A stretch of 64,000 bases of DNA from a virus (lineage: Duplodnaviria > Caudoviricetes). The notes under the pieces are model-generated. The model was not told the origin of the DNA. It ran no database searches and saw nothing but the letters and a program-made list of their open reading frames with translations. The stretch is from positions 1,383 to 65,382 of IMG/VR virus record IMGVR_UViG_3300037455_000099; one strand, written 5' to 3'. Below, piece by piece: positions 39,989 through 50,324 of the stretch; the stretch's first letter is position 1, and each line of letters starts with the position of its first letter. Made by a program: the position numbers and the translations under genes.

Positions 39989-40114
39989 ATGTGGACTAAG
40001 ATTAAGATTATTGCTACTCTTGTTCCTGCTATTGGCACTATTATAGGAATTATATTAGATGACAAAGTAGCAAAACATGAGAAGCAAGAAAAAGAGGAGT
40101 CCAAAAAGAAGTGA
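39989..40114 (+). CDS. 41-aa single-TM peptide (P10 cassette)
   Basis: Translated by hand: MWTKIKIIATLVPAIGTIIGIILDDKVAKHEKQEKEESKKK. Confidence 0.6.
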   Translation: MWTKIKIIATLVPAIGTIIGIILDDKVAKHEKQEKEESKKK

Positions 40115-40184
40115 TCCCTCGCTGAAGAGAGTCTGAGTTCAGATTCTCTTCTGTCATTTATATTTAGGAAAGGATAGGTATTTT

Positions 40185-40949
40185 ATGAACTTTATGAACG
40201 TGGTAAAGTCCATCACGGCAGCAACAAAAAAGCGTAGTCCTGAGCTCCTTATTGGTGTAGGGATTGGTGGAATGATTGCTGCTATCGTGACAGCTGTAAG
40301 AGCTACGGGCGACATGAACAAGGACATCGAAAAGGTCAAAGAGGAGACTAAAGAGATGCCAAAGAAAGAGAGACAGAAGGAAGTAGTCAAGACTGTTGCT
40401 AAGCATCAGTGGCCTACAGCGGTTATATTTTCATTGTCTCTCTTAGCTATAGTGAGTGCAGACAAGATCCACTGCAAAAGAAATGCAGCAATGGCAGTAA
40501 TGGTACAGGCAGCAGAAGTAGCAACACAGGAATATAGAAATGTAGTACGTGAAGTTGCTGGTGAAGAGAAGGCAAAAGAAGTTGAACGTATTTATGAAGA
40601 ACGAGTCCGAGATAGGCCAATTGAGAAAGAGCCGAACATCATCATCAACGGCGAAGAGTATTGGATATTTGATGAGCTCACCAACACCATGTTTAGGTCT
40701 AACACATTAGTTGTAGATGCAGCCGTGAATGAGTGCAACGCCCGTATGCATGATGAAATGTACGTGTCTTTGAAAGAGTTCTACGACGAAATGTGTATTG
40801 ACTCATCACAGGTCAATAGTGCAGTTGGATGGAATAATAATATTGGACTCATAAGAATAAAGTGGGAGGGAAAGATGATAAAAGGAAAGCCTTGTGCGGT
40901 CCTTAAGTACACCAACCCACCAAAAGAAGGCTTTAGAGAGTCTTGGTAA
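40185..40949 (+). CDS. membrane-anchored phage protein, paralog B
   Basis: RSPELLIGVGIGG, KEVVKTVAKH, YVSLKEFYDE..VGWN. Confidence 0.65.
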   Translation: MNFMNVVKSITAATKKRSPELLIGVGIGGMIAAIVTAVRATGDMNKDIEKVKEETKEMPKKERQKEVVKTVAKHQWPTAVIFSLSLLAIVSADKIHCKRNAAMAVMVQAAEVATQEYRNVVREVAGEEKAKEVERIYEERVRDRPIEKEPNIIINGEEYWIFDELTNTMFRSNTLVVDAAVNECNARMHDEMYVSLKEFYDEMCIDSSQVNSAVGWNNNIGLIRIKWEGKMIKGKPCAVLKYTNPPKEGFRESW

Positions 40950-40978
40950 GATGATATTTGGCACGGGTGTGACAGGCT

Positions 40979-41004
40979 CGTGTCATTTTCATATATTATT
41001 ATGG
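40979..41004 (+). promoter_or_regulatory. phage promoter motif P11
   Basis: CGTGTCATTTTCATATATTATTATGG. Confidence 0.78.
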
Positions 41005-41062
41005 GCAGTAGCAATACTGTTCGTAAGTGTTTATTAAATTATTTATATTTTAAAGGAGGACC

Positions 41063-41545
41063 ATGAAAATGGACGATCAGGAAATTATGGAAATGGAAAT
41101 GGCACAGGAAATGGAACAGCAGGTTGAAACACCTAGCTACGAGGAACCACGTTATGTGGAACCACAGCCGGCATATCAGCCAGCACCTAGCTACAACTAC
41201 GTTCCTACTACAGCACAGGAAACTGACTGCGATGACGAAGGACTCGACGCTAAGTCTGTTCTTATTGGAGCAGGTATTACCGCTGTTATCGGTGGCGCGG
41301 CTATCGGTATCAAGAAGGGTATTGACCACTTCAAGAAGAAGAAGGCAGAGAAAGAGGAATTCAAGAAGTGGCAGGAAGAAAGAAAGGCTGCAGAGGAACA
41401 GGTAGCTAAGGCAAAAGCTGAAGGCAAGGTTGTAGACGTTCCCGCTGACGCGGTAACCGAAGTTAAGGAAGAAGCCGAAGAAGCAAAGTCCGAACCTGAA
41501 ACACAGCCAGAACAGAAGCCTGAAGAAAAGAAGACTAAGAAGTAA
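41063..41545 (+). CDS. acidic single-TM protein (P11 cassette)
   Basis: SD AAAGGAGG. Confidence 0.7.
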   Translation: MKMDDQEIMEMEMAQEMEQQVETPSYEEPRYVEPQPAYQPAPSYNYVPTTAQETDCDDEGLDAKSVLIGAGITAVIGGAAIGIKKGIDHFKKKKAEKEEFKKWQEERKAAEEQVAKAKAEGKVVDVPADAVTEVKEEAEEAKSEPETQPEQKPEEKKTKK

Positions 41546-41636
41546 TTAAAAAAAGCACTTCAAACTTAAGACCTACAAGGGATATGGATCGATTGATTCA
41601 TACCCTTTGAGGTTTTATATTTTAAGGAGGTTAAAA

Positions 41637-42287
41637 ATGGAAATTGGTGTTAAGAAACTTGAAAAAGAAAAGATAGAAGAAGAACAGCCAAAGAAGCCTG
41701 ATAAAGAAATTAAGGGTAAACCTTGCAAGAAGGCAAAGAAGTCTGCGTTCCAGCTCTTCAAAGAATCATTTATTGCAGATGAAATAGGTGATTTAAAAGA
41801 GTATATTGTTAAAGATTTAGTGGTTCCTATGATTAAGGACAGTATCTGTGACGGTATCTCAAACACACTCTCAATGATGCTCTATGGTGAAAAGCGAGAT
41901 TATAGAAGAAGTTCAAGATATGATTATGGTCGTTCGCGTTCAGGTGTACGTTACTATGATTATTCATCTCAGAGATATTCTTCATCTAGAGAAAAAGATC
42001 GTAGAGACAGAGAAAGAGAGGAACGTAGATATGCGGCACCAGCATCTTTTGACATGGCTGTGGCACGTAACATGGACGATGCGAAAGATATTCTTGAAGA
42101 GCTTGGCGAAATCTTCGACGAGTATGAGAGTGTTTCAATAGCTCAGTATCATCAGGCGTGTGAACTCCCTACAACTCCAGAAGAACACAATTGGGGTTGG
42201 TATAGTCTTGTTGATGTAAGACTCAAGGAAGACAGAGCAACAGGTGAAGTTCTCATCTGGATGCCAAGAGCAGTAAGTTTAAAGTAA
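41637..42287 (+). CDS. conserved phage hypothetical protein with R/Y/S-rich linker
   Basis: SD AAGGAGG; C-terminal SIAQYHQ..NWGWY motif. Confidence 0.7.
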   Translation: MEIGVKKLEKEKIEEEQPKKPDKEIKGKPCKKAKKSAFQLFKESFIADEIGDLKEYIVKDLVVPMIKDSICDGISNTLSMMLYGEKRDYRRSSRYDYGRSRSGVRYYDYSSQRYSSSREKDRRDREREERRYAAPASFDMAVARNMDDAKDILEELGEIFDEYESVSIAQYHQACELPTTPEEHNWGWYSLVDVRLKEDRATGEVLIWMPRAVSLK

Positions 42288-42299
42288 GGAGTTATATTT

Positions 42300-42569
42300 A
42301 TGACTATAGATGAATTTGCAAACAGCGTGAATAGCGCAAGGGAAGCAAATGGCGTAGATCATCCTAAGCACTATAACCAAAAAGGACGTATGGAATGCAT
42401 TCGCGAAATGGAAATCATGTTCGGACAGCATGACGTTGATGTGTTCTGCAAATTAAACGCGTACAAATATCTCTATCGTGCAGGCGAAAAAGAGGGCGAA
42501 GCAAAGGAAAAAGACATAGCTAAGGCACAGTGGTATCTCAATTATGCTATGGGTCTTAGAACATATTAA
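42300..42569 (+). CDS. DUF3310-like protein
   Basis: VDHPKHYN..G.ECI...NAYKYLYRAG.K...DIAKAQWY. Confidence 0.8.
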   Translation: MTIDEFANSVNSAREANGVDHPKHYNQKGRMECIREMEIMFGQHDVDVFCKLNAYKYLYRAGEKEGEAKEKDIAKAQWYLNYAMGLRTY

Positions 42570-42589
42570 TTAAAAGGAGAATTATATTT

Positions 42590-43507
42590 ATGGGTAAGTT
42601 TAAAGCATTAATGGATATGGGGAAGTTAAAGATCAAGGCAAACTCAGACAAGATCTGTTTTGGTCTTGGTATTATATTTAGCGTTGGTTCTGTCGCACTG
42701 GCAGTAAAAGCCGGTATTGAGACGCCTTCTATCCTCGAGAAAAGAAGAAATGAGATAGAAGACATCGAAAAGACAAGAGACGACGAGGATCGTACATTTG
42801 AGTACACAGAGGAAGACGCACAGCATGATATACGCCGTGCAAACAACAATGCCATTATATCCTTAGCTAAGTGGTATGGCCCTGTACTCGGCTGCACAGG
42901 CGTTGCTATAGCGTTCTTCTGCAAGGCTAATAGTATACAGAACAACCGCATCAACGACCTTAGCATCGCTCTCAATGGTGCTCAGGCGTTCTTATCAGGC
43001 TATAGAGATCGTGTTGCTACATATGTCGGCAAAGAAAAGGAAGAAGCTATATTTAAGGGTATGCGAAAGGAATCTAAGATTGACCCTGAAACAGGAGAGC
43101 TTCATGAAACAGAATACATGGATGAAAACGTAAATCTTATGTATGAACGTATATTTGATGACACATCTAAGCTTTGGAAAGATGAGGCATGGGCCAATCA
43201 GAACTTTCTCTACGACACAGAAGCATACTTTAACAGACTCTTACAGGAACGTGCTTTATATTCCGGAGTTGGCGTTGTTACTTTCAATGAAGTGCTTAAG
43301 GTTCTTGGTCTCCCAGAGTGCCCTGAAGGTTTCACTCTCGGATGGTGGTATAGCGATGACCATAGAACTGAAATTTCCTTTGGAACAACAAAAGACGGAC
43401 GATTCACAAACGGATTAGCAAAGGACGTTCACCTCGCATTTAATCTTGACGGTGATATCATAAGAGTTCTTCGTGCTAGACACATTAAAGAGATTTATAG
43501 TTTTTAA
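42590..43507 (+). CDS. membrane-anchored phage protein, paralog C
   Basis: TM segment; VTFNEVL..LG..GWWY; FNLDG. Confidence 0.65.
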   Translation: MGKFKALMDMGKLKIKANSDKICFGLGIIFSVGSVALAVKAGIETPSILEKRRNEIEDIEKTRDDEDRTFEYTEEDAQHDIRRANNNAIISLAKWYGPVLGCTGVAIAFFCKANSIQNNRINDLSIALNGAQAFLSGYRDRVATYVGKEKEEAIFKGMRKESKIDPETGELHETEYMDENVNLMYERIFDDTSKLWKDEAWANQNFLYDTEAYFNRLLQERALYSGVGVVTFNEVLKVLGLPECPEGFTLGWWYSDDHRTEISFGTTKDGRFTNGLAKDVHLAFNLDGDIIRVLRARHIKEIYSF

Positions 43508-43535
43508 TTTATTTATATTCTAGGAGGTTATTTAA

Positions 43536-44279
43536 ATGAAAGAGAGATTACAGGCATTTAAGTTCTTACTTGGCATAGGTTTTGCATTCGCTGCAGGATA
43601 TCTTGTTGGTGCTAAGATGAAAGAGAAAGAGTATGAGGAAGAACTTGGCGAACAGTGGCATGAGGCAGGTCCAGCAATGAACGAAATACGCAAGACCAGT
43701 GCTGAAGTTGCCGAGGAGAAGGCTAAACTCGAAGAAGAGAGAAAAGCTTTTGAAGAGGAAAAGGAACACTTCAATGAAGTAAAGCATCAGTTATATTCTG
43801 ACTTAACAAAAGAAGAACAGCTTATGCAGTTATGCGATCCAGAACTCGAGATCCCAGTAGTAGAAGATAATATTCTCAGATACAACAGAATCAAAAGACA
43901 GTATCTTAGAATAGACTTCATTGACGAAAAGATGTACGGCTATGGACAGAGTTCTGAGTTCGAAGCTTTTGATACAGTAGAATGTCACATGTTCAAAGAC
44001 GGTACAATCTACGACGAAGACGGCAACAGAATTGATGACGATGACACACACCTTGGCAACCTTTGCTCTGGTATGGGCACAGGCAAGGGTAGTGATATTC
44101 GTTATATTCGTAACTGGGAAGAAGGCGTGGATTACTGCGTAACATACGATACAGAGTACGAAACGGGAGAAGACTGGTTAAATGAATGGCTCGGCGAAGA
44201 CTGGAATTGCGGTGACGCCGAAGAAGCTTTAGACCAGTTAGAAAAGGAAATAGAGGAGGATGAAGATGCGGAAGGCTAA
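43536..44279 (+). CDS. acidic single-TM protein
   Basis: SD AGGAGGT; TM segment then coiled coil; YIRN..GVDY. Confidence 0.65.
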   Translation: MKERLQAFKFLLGIGFAFAAGYLVGAKMKEKEYEEELGEQWHEAGPAMNEIRKTSAEVAEEKAKLEEERKAFEEEKEHFNEVKHQLYSDLTKEEQLMQLCDPELEIPVVEDNILRYNRIKRQYLRIDFIDEKMYGYGQSSEFEAFDTVECHMFKDGTIYDEDGNRIDDDDTHLGNLCSGMGTGKGSDIRYIRNWEEGVDYCVTYDTEYETGEDWLNEWLGEDWNCGDAEEALDQLEKEIEEDEDAEG

Positions 44280-44886
44280 TGTCGACCGTCAACTTACACC
44301 AGAAGAAATAGCTGAGAGAGACAGGATATATGCTAAACAGCATGCCATATTTGAAAGAAACGTTAAACGTCTCGAAAATAAAGATTGGTTTGAAGATCCA
44401 TATTTGAATGAACTTTATGACCGATTTATGGGATGCCTCTCTCCAGCTAGAACATTCACTAAATCATTTGCAGCATTACACTCTAGAGAATTTATATTTA
44501 CTGTAGAATTAGACGAGAACCGTTATATTGATGGTTTAAAGTACAGAAAGACTTTTGATCCAAGACGTAGTGGTCCTTGTACTGTTCTAGAGATGATGTG
44601 TGCTTTAGCTGATAGAATGGAAGTCGAACAGTTACAGGATCCAGACTATGGAGATAGAACATATTATTGGTTTCAGTGCATGTTTGAATCTCTTGGTCTG
44701 TTTCAGTTTGATGATGAAGATTTTGATGAAGTTAAAGTTAACAGAATTATAGATAGATTCTTAAGAAGAGAATACAATAAAACAGGCAAAGGAGGTTTGT
44801 TTACATTCCATAAGCCTGTCCCTGGCGATCCTCGTAATGCTGAGATTTGGTATTTAATGAACTGGTGGGTCAGCGAAAATTACTAA
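44260..44886 (+). CDS. conserved phage hypothetical protein
   Basis: DENRYIDG, CTVLEMM.ALA, GKGGLF, EIWY motifs. Confidence 0.7.
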   Translation: MKMRKANVDRQLTPEEIAERDRIYAKQHAIFERNVKRLENKDWFEDPYLNELYDRFMGCLSPARTFTKSFAALHSREFIFTVELDENRYIDGLKYRKTFDPRRSGPCTVLEMMCALADRMEVEQLQDPDYGDRTYYWFQCMFESLGLFQFDDEDFDEVKVNRIIDRFLRREYNKTGKGGLFTFHKPVPGDPRNAEIWYLMNWWVSENY

Positions 44887-44903
44887 AAGGAGATATACGA
44901 TAA

Positions 44904-47900
44904 ATGCTAGACTTCATGTCAATAAAGCAGGAGATCAAAAAGAACAAGGTAACTATAGCGCCGTCGTATGTTCTCTATAACAATGGAAACCCTGTGCGTG
45001 ATATTATGGTCAAAGGCCATGATTTCTATGGTATGTGGGATGAGAAAAATGTGTCATGGACCACTAGCGAGACACGTGCTTATATTCTTATGGATTATGA
45101 TTTAGAAAATTATGTAAGAAGTAAAAATATAGAAGATGCATATGTCGCAAAAATAGAAAACTGTGATTCAGGATCTATTGACAAGTTCAAAAGATTTGTA
45201 CAAAAGCAGTTATCTGATAATTATACACCTTTAGATTCTAAATTAACTTTCAGAAACTCAGAACGAACAAGAGAAGATTATTGTAGCAAGAGATTGCCGT
45301 ATGATCTTCCAGATGAAGTATCTCCAAACATGTATCCTAACTGGGATAAGATTGTAGGTACTTTATATTCTGAAGAAGAAAGACATAAAATAGAATGGGC
45401 TATAGGTTGTATTGTTAGCGGTGATTCGACATGGGTGCAGAAGTTCTGTGTGTTCTACGGACCTCCTGGAAGTGGTAAGTCTACTGTTATTAATATTATT
45501 GAAGATATGTTTGATGGATATTGTTGTCATTTTAGTGCAGCAGATCTTGTGAACATGAATTCGTCATTCTCTCTTGAACCATTCAAGAATAATCCTCTTG
45601 TGGCAATAGAACATGACGGAGATTTATCTAAAGTAAACGGTAACTGTAGACTAAACTCTGTTGTATCTCATGAGAAGATGCAAATAAATGAAAAGTTCAA
45701 AGGGCTTTACACAAACGCAATGATTGCTATGTTATTTATTGGTACAAACAAACCAGTAAAGATAACAGATCAGTCATCAGGGTTGTTAAGAAGACTTATT
45801 GATATTGAGCCAAGTGGAAAGAAACTCCCTTGGAACACATATAATAAGGTTATGCGTGATGTAAAGTTCGAGTATGGAGCAATATGCAGGCACTGCCTTG
45901 ATGTATATTTAGCAGACAAAGAAGCTTACGATGACTACAAACCTCTTGGTATGGAAGAAGCAACAAACCCTTTGTACTATTTCATGCTTGAGCACTATGA
46001 TATTTTCAAAAGAGCAGACGAGTGTTCATTACAAAGAGCGTGGGATATGTACAAGTCTCATACTGAAGAAGCAAGAGTCGAGCATTCTATGTGCAAAAGA
46101 GACTTCAAGGCAGAATTTGCGAAATATTGGGAAGTACATTTGAGAGAGTCTGGAGGAATAAAAGATATTTACAAAAACTTTATTACTAAATATTTTAGAA
46201 ATGAAATTAATATTAATAATAAAGTTAATAATAAAAAAGAAGTTGAAGATAAAATATATACTTGGCTAAATTTTAAAGAAGTTTCTGAAGAAGAAAATAT
46301 ATTCAATAAAACTTGTGCCGAGTGTCCAGCTCAACTTGCAACGGGAGCGGGAACCCCAAAGAAGAAATGGTCAAACGTAACCACAACTTTAGCAGAGGTT
46401 CCTACTGGTTTACTTCACTATGTAAAAGTTCCTGTTAATCATATTGTAATAGACTTTGATATTCCGGACCCGGTAACAGGAGAGAAAAGTCTTGAACTCA
46501 ATCTCAAAGAAGCAAGCAAATGGCCAAAGACCTATGCTGAACTGTCAAAGAGCGGCAGTGGTATCCATTTGCATTATATTTACGAAGGAGATCCTACTAA
46601 ACTTTGTTCTTTATTTGATGATAAAATAGAGATTAAAGTATTCACAGGTGATCAGGCGTTACGAAGGTTACTGACTAAATGTGTCAATCTTAATATAGCC
46701 CACCTGTCGAGTGGGTTACCTCTCAAAAAGGAGAACAAGTACATGATTGACCAGAAGACAATTGAAGACGAACAGCATCTGCGAAATATTATCAACAAGT
46801 GCCTCAATAAAGAAATACATGATAATACTAAACAAAATGTATCGTTTATTGTAGAGGTCACCAACCAGATGTACGAGTCAGGCAAACATTATGATATCAC
46901 CGACATGCATGATGATATTTTTGATTTTGCCATGAGGAGTAAGCATCAGAGTGACCTGTGTATGAAAATGGTTAGTACCATGCACTGGAAAAGTGACGAC
47001 GTCGGAGCGTATACAGCAATAGTTGATGCCCCTCTTGTCCACTTCGATATTGAAGTATTTCCTAATTTGTTATTAGTTTGTTATATGTTTGATGACGACG
47101 AAACTGAGACAGTGTATGATTTAGTTAACCCATCACCTAGTCAGATAGAACGATTATTTAGTTACAACTTAATAGGATTTAACAACAGAAAGTACGATAA
47201 CCACCTAGTATACGGCTGTTATCTTGGTGATAGTGTTCTTGATTCTTACAACAGATCACAGAGTATTATTGCTAATGGTACAGGATTTATTGGTGAAGCG
47301 TACAACTTATCTTATACTGATATTTATGACTTCATTTCAGATAAAAAATCTCTAAAGAAGTTAGAAATAGAAATGGGTATAAGACATTTGGAGTTAGGTC
47401 TACCATGGGATCAGCCTGTTGATAAAGAACTGTGGCCTAAAGTCATTGAATATTGCCATAATGACGTAAAAGCTACAAAAGCGGCATTCCACTACAAAGC
47501 AGCAGACTTCACGGCAAGAAAGATATTAGCCGATCTTGCTGGTGGTACAGTTAATGATACAACTAATTCGCTTACAACCAAGTTTATATTTGGATCAGAG
47601 AAGTATCCACAGGGTCAGTTCTACTATAGAGATCTCTCGAAACCTGTATTTGAGAAAGATATGGACCCTGAGTCTATTGAATTCTTGAAAGAGGTATTTC
47701 CAGATATGATGAAGGAACCTCACGGCGAGGCAAAGAGCTTACTTCCATACTTCCCTGGATATGAATACAAAATGACTGACAAAGGTTATAAGAGTTTATA
47801 TTTAGGAGAAGAAGTAGGTGAAGGTGGATTTGCCGAAGGTGTTCCTGGATATTATGAGAATTGTGCACTTCTGGACGTAATGTCAATGCATCCTCATAGT

Positions 47901-49148
47901 CTTATGGCGGAAGTGTTGTTTGGTCCAGTATTCACAAAGGCGTTCCATCAGATTGTCTATGGTCGAGTGCACATTAAGCATAAAGCATGGGATATAGTAG
48001 ATGGATATTTGGACGGAAAGCTTAAACCTTATATTGAAAAGTGTAAAGCTGGAGAGATGAGTGCTAAGGACTTGGCTAATGCTCTAAAGATCGCAATAAA
48101 TTCAGTATATGGTTTAACTGCAGCAAAGTTTGATAATCCATTTAGAGATAACCGTAATATCGACAATATTGTAGCTAAAAGAGGAGCACTCTTCATGGTT
48201 ACACTTAAGCACGAGTTTATGAAGAAAGGATGGGCGTTCGCTCACTTTAAGACAGACTCAATTAAGATACCGAACGCTACAATGGAACAGATTAACTTCG
48301 TTATGGAGTTTGGTAAACGCTATGGATATTTCTTCGAGCATGAAGCAACCTATAGCAAGATGTGCTTAGTTAACGACGCCGTTTATATTGCTGAATATGC
48401 TTCTAAAGAGGCATGCGAGGCGATGTATGGATATTGTCCGGGTGATAACTTCGAACATGGTGGACAGTGGACTGCAACAGGCAAAGAGTTCCAGATTCCA
48501 TTCGTATTTAAGTCAATGTTTACAAAAGAACCTATAGAGTTTGTAGACAAGTGTCAGACATTCTCTGTTAGCAAGGGTGATTTATATTTAGACTTTGACG
48601 AGGGTATGGATGTAGAAAGACGTAATGAACTCGAAGCACAGTTAAAGAAGCTGGAGTCTAAGTGGAAGAAAGAACCTAACGACGATCTCAAGAACCAGAT
48701 TGATATTCTCAAATCAGAGATAGCAACACTTCATAACTTCTCGTATGTTGGCAGAGTTAGTTCATTCGTACCAATGCAGTACGGCACAGGCTCTGGTGTT
48801 CTGTATCGTATGGCTGATGGAAAGGCTAATGCTGCAGCTGGTACAACAGGTTATAGATGGCTCGAAACTGCTATGGTTGAAGGAACTGATCTTGAGAATA
48901 AGATTGATATTTCCTATTGGACTGCTATGGTTGATACAGCGAAAGACAGTATTAATGCATATGTACCGTACGAAGAGTTTGTTACTAAGAAAGTACCACC
49001 GATAAAAGACGGAGAGTGCAGGAAAGACTGTGTTCATTGTCCTCATTTAGAAAAGTGGGATAACGAAGGATTTGTTGGTTGCACAATTTGTATGCACCAT
49101 ATCGACGAATATGCAAAAGAAATTGGCTATGAAGTCCTGCCGTTCTAG
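44904..49148 (+). CDS. SF3 helicase-primase(AEP)-family B DNA polymerase fusion
   Basis: GPPGSGKST; HIVIDFD and ELSKSGSGIHLHY; exonuclease FDIEV/GFN..KYD/YCHND; PolB LDVMSMHP, KIAINSVYG, FKTDS. Confidence 0.88.
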   Translation: MLDFMSIKQEIKKNKVTIAPSYVLYNNGNPVRDIMVKGHDFYGMWDEKNVSWTTSETRAYILMDYDLENYVRSKNIEDAYVAKIENCDSGSIDKFKRFVQKQLSDNYTPLDSKLTFRNSERTREDYCSKRLPYDLPDEVSPNMYPNWDKIVGTLYSEEERHKIEWAIGCIVSGDSTWVQKFCVFYGPPGSGKSTVINIIEDMFDGYCCHFSAADLVNMNSSFSLEPFKNNPLVAIEHDGDLSKVNGNCRLNSVVSHEKMQINEKFKGLYTNAMIAMLFIGTNKPVKITDQSSGLLRRLIDIEPSGKKLPWNTYNKVMRDVKFEYGAICRHCLDVYLADKEAYDDYKPLGMEEATNPLYYFMLEHYDIFKRADECSLQRAWDMYKSHTEEARVEHSMCKRDFKAEFAKYWEVHLRESGGIKDIYKNFITKYFRNEININNKVNNKKEVEDKIYTWLNFKEVSEEENIFNKTCAECPAQLATGAGTPKKKWSNVTTTLAEVPTGLLHYVKVPVNHIVIDFDIPDPVTGEKSLELNLKEASKWPKTYAELSKSGSGIHLHYIYEGDPTKLCSLFDDKIEIKVFTGDQALRRLLTKCVNLNIAHLSSGLPLKKENKYMIDQKTIEDEQHLRNIINKCLNKEIHDNTKQNVSFIVEVTNQMYESGKHYDITDMHDDIFDFAMRSKHQSDLCMKMVSTMHWKSDDVGAYTAIVDAPLVHFDIEVFPNLLLVCYMFDDDETETVYDLVNPSPSQIERLFSYNLIGFNNRKYDNHLVYGCYLGDSVLDSYNRSQSIIANGTGFIGEAYNLSYTDIYDFISDKKSLKKLEIEMGIRHLELGLPWDQPVDKELWPKVIEYCHNDVKATKAAFHYKAADFTARKILADLAGGTVNDTTNSLTTKFIFGSEKYPQGQFYYRDLSKPVFEKDMDPESIEFLKEVFPDMMKEPHGEAKSLLPYFPGYEYKMTDKGYKSLYLGEEVGEGGFAEGVPGYYENCALLDVMSMHPHSLMAEVLFGPVFTKAFHQIVYGRVHIKHKAWDIVDGYLDGKLKPYIEKCKAGEMSAKDLANALKIAINSVYGLTAAKFDNPFRDNRNIDNIVAKRGALFMVTLKHEFMKKGWAFAHFKTDSIKIPNATMEQINFVMEFGKRYGYFFEHEATYSKMCLVNDAVYIAEYASKEACEAMYGYCPGDNFEHGGQWTATGKEFQIPFVFKSMFTKEPIEFVDKCQTFSVSKGDLYLDFDEGMDVERRNELEAQLKKLESKWKKEPNDDLKNQIDILKSEIATLHNFSYVGRVSSFVPMQYGTGSGVLYRMADGKANAAAGTTGYRWLETAMVEGTDLENKIDISYWTAMVDTAKDSINAYVPYEEFVTKKVPPIKDGECRKDCVHCPHLEKWDNEGFVGCTICMHHIDEYAKEIGYEVLPF

Positions 49149-49150
49149 TT

Positions 49151-49176
49151 CGCATTATATTCGTGTACTATAATGG
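49151..49176 (+). promoter_or_regulatory. phage promoter motif P12
   Basis: CGCATTATATTCGTGTACTATAATGG. Confidence 0.8.
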
Positions 49177-49194
49177 CAGGAAGGAGGTGGACAG

Positions 49195-49266
49195 ATGCTA
49201 CTTATGGGTTGCCTATTCATGGGAGTAGGCTTATACATAATACTTAAGGCCACTTCAGCCAAGTAA
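49195..49266 (+). CDS. 23-aa single-TM peptide (P12 cassette)
   Basis: MLLMGCLFMGVGLYIILKATSAK; SD AAGGAGGTG. Confidence 0.6.
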   Translation: MLLMGCLFMGVGLYIILKATSAK

Positions 49267-49364
49267 TTAGGAAAAATGAAGGACAAGAGGGTCTTGGAGC
49301 TATATTTAGTTCTGAGACTCTTCTTGCTTTTATTTATATTTTAAAATTGAAAGGAATAATAACT

Positions 49365-49964
49365 ATGGACAGAACTTACGAAACAAGAATGACTATCGAA
49401 GAGGAACCATTCAAGAGAAAAGATGGAACTGATGGAATCGCTTATCACTTCCACATCACAGACGCATACCTCAAGCACAACGTAAGAGACCGTGAATCAG
49501 ACCGTGTTACATCATGGTTCAGAAACTTCAGAGGACAGCAGACACCATGTAACCATGAAGGAGACCGTAATTTCATGTGGGAGTTTGAGGATCCTGAACT
49601 CGCTGATGCACTCAAGGATGACTGGGGATTTAATGTTAAGTCTTATACATATCCTAGTGGAGAAACAACATATCAGCTCAAAGTGAATGTTAAGTTCAGA
49701 GGACGCTTTGATGACCCTAAGATTTATCTCGAGTCGGACACAGCTCCAAGAGTATTAGTGCCAGAAGAATGCCTCGGTGACCTTGACTTCATGTTCTTCC
49801 AGCATGTTGACTTTACATTTGTATTAAGCAAGTGGAACACAAACGGAAGACACGGTTCAAGCGCATATCTCGAAGACATGCTCGTATACAAGAAGCCAGA
49901 ACGCAGAATGCGCGACAGATACGCAACTGTGAAGTACAGCTCATACGAAGAATCAGAAGCATAA
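49365..49964 (+). CDS. putative single-stranded DNA-binding protein
   Basis: Follows the polymerase; FRNFRG, GDRNF, aromatic-rich with acidic tail. Confidence 0.55.
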   Translation: MDRTYETRMTIEEEPFKRKDGTDGIAYHFHITDAYLKHNVRDRESDRVTSWFRNFRGQQTPCNHEGDRNFMWEFEDPELADALKDDWGFNVKSYTYPSGETTYQLKVNVKFRGRFDDPKIYLESDTAPRVLVPEECLGDLDFMFFQHVDFTFVLSKWNTNGRHGSSAYLEDMLVYKKPERRMRDRYATVKYSSYEESEA

Positions 49965-49966
49965 TT

Positions 49967-49992
49967 CGCGGTAGATTCATCCTCTTTAATGG
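49967..49992 (+). promoter_or_regulatory. phage promoter motif P13
   Basis: CGCGGTAGATTCATCCTCTTTAATGG. Confidence 0.8.
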
Positions 49993-50031
49993 AAGATAGT
50001 AACCCTTATATTCTATTAAGGAGGAATTTGT

Positions 50032-50250
50032 ATGTATATTTCAACAGCAATTCATATCGCAATAATAGCAATGATATTTTCATTAGCGGGATGCAGCATA
50101 GCAATAATGATTGGTGTGACCAGAAAAATTATTGGAATGCTTTGTATACCTAAGACTAAGAAGGAAGTTCAGAAGCCTACTATTGAGGTAAAGAATACAG
50201 CCAAAAAGAAAACAACAGAAAAGAAACCAGTAGAGAAAAAGGAGGCTTGA
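50032..50250 (+). CDS. small TM protein (P13 cassette)
   Basis: SD AAGGAGG. Confidence 0.7.
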   Translation: MYISTAIHIAIIAMIFSLAGCSIAIMIGVTRKIIGMLCIPKTKKEVQKPTIEVKNTAKKKTTEKKPVEKKEA

Positions 50251-50324
50251 CCGGCCTAGGGCACATGGATTGATATTCGTGTGCTCTTTAGCTTTTTCTC
50301 AATATTTTATGGAGGTTATTAAAA

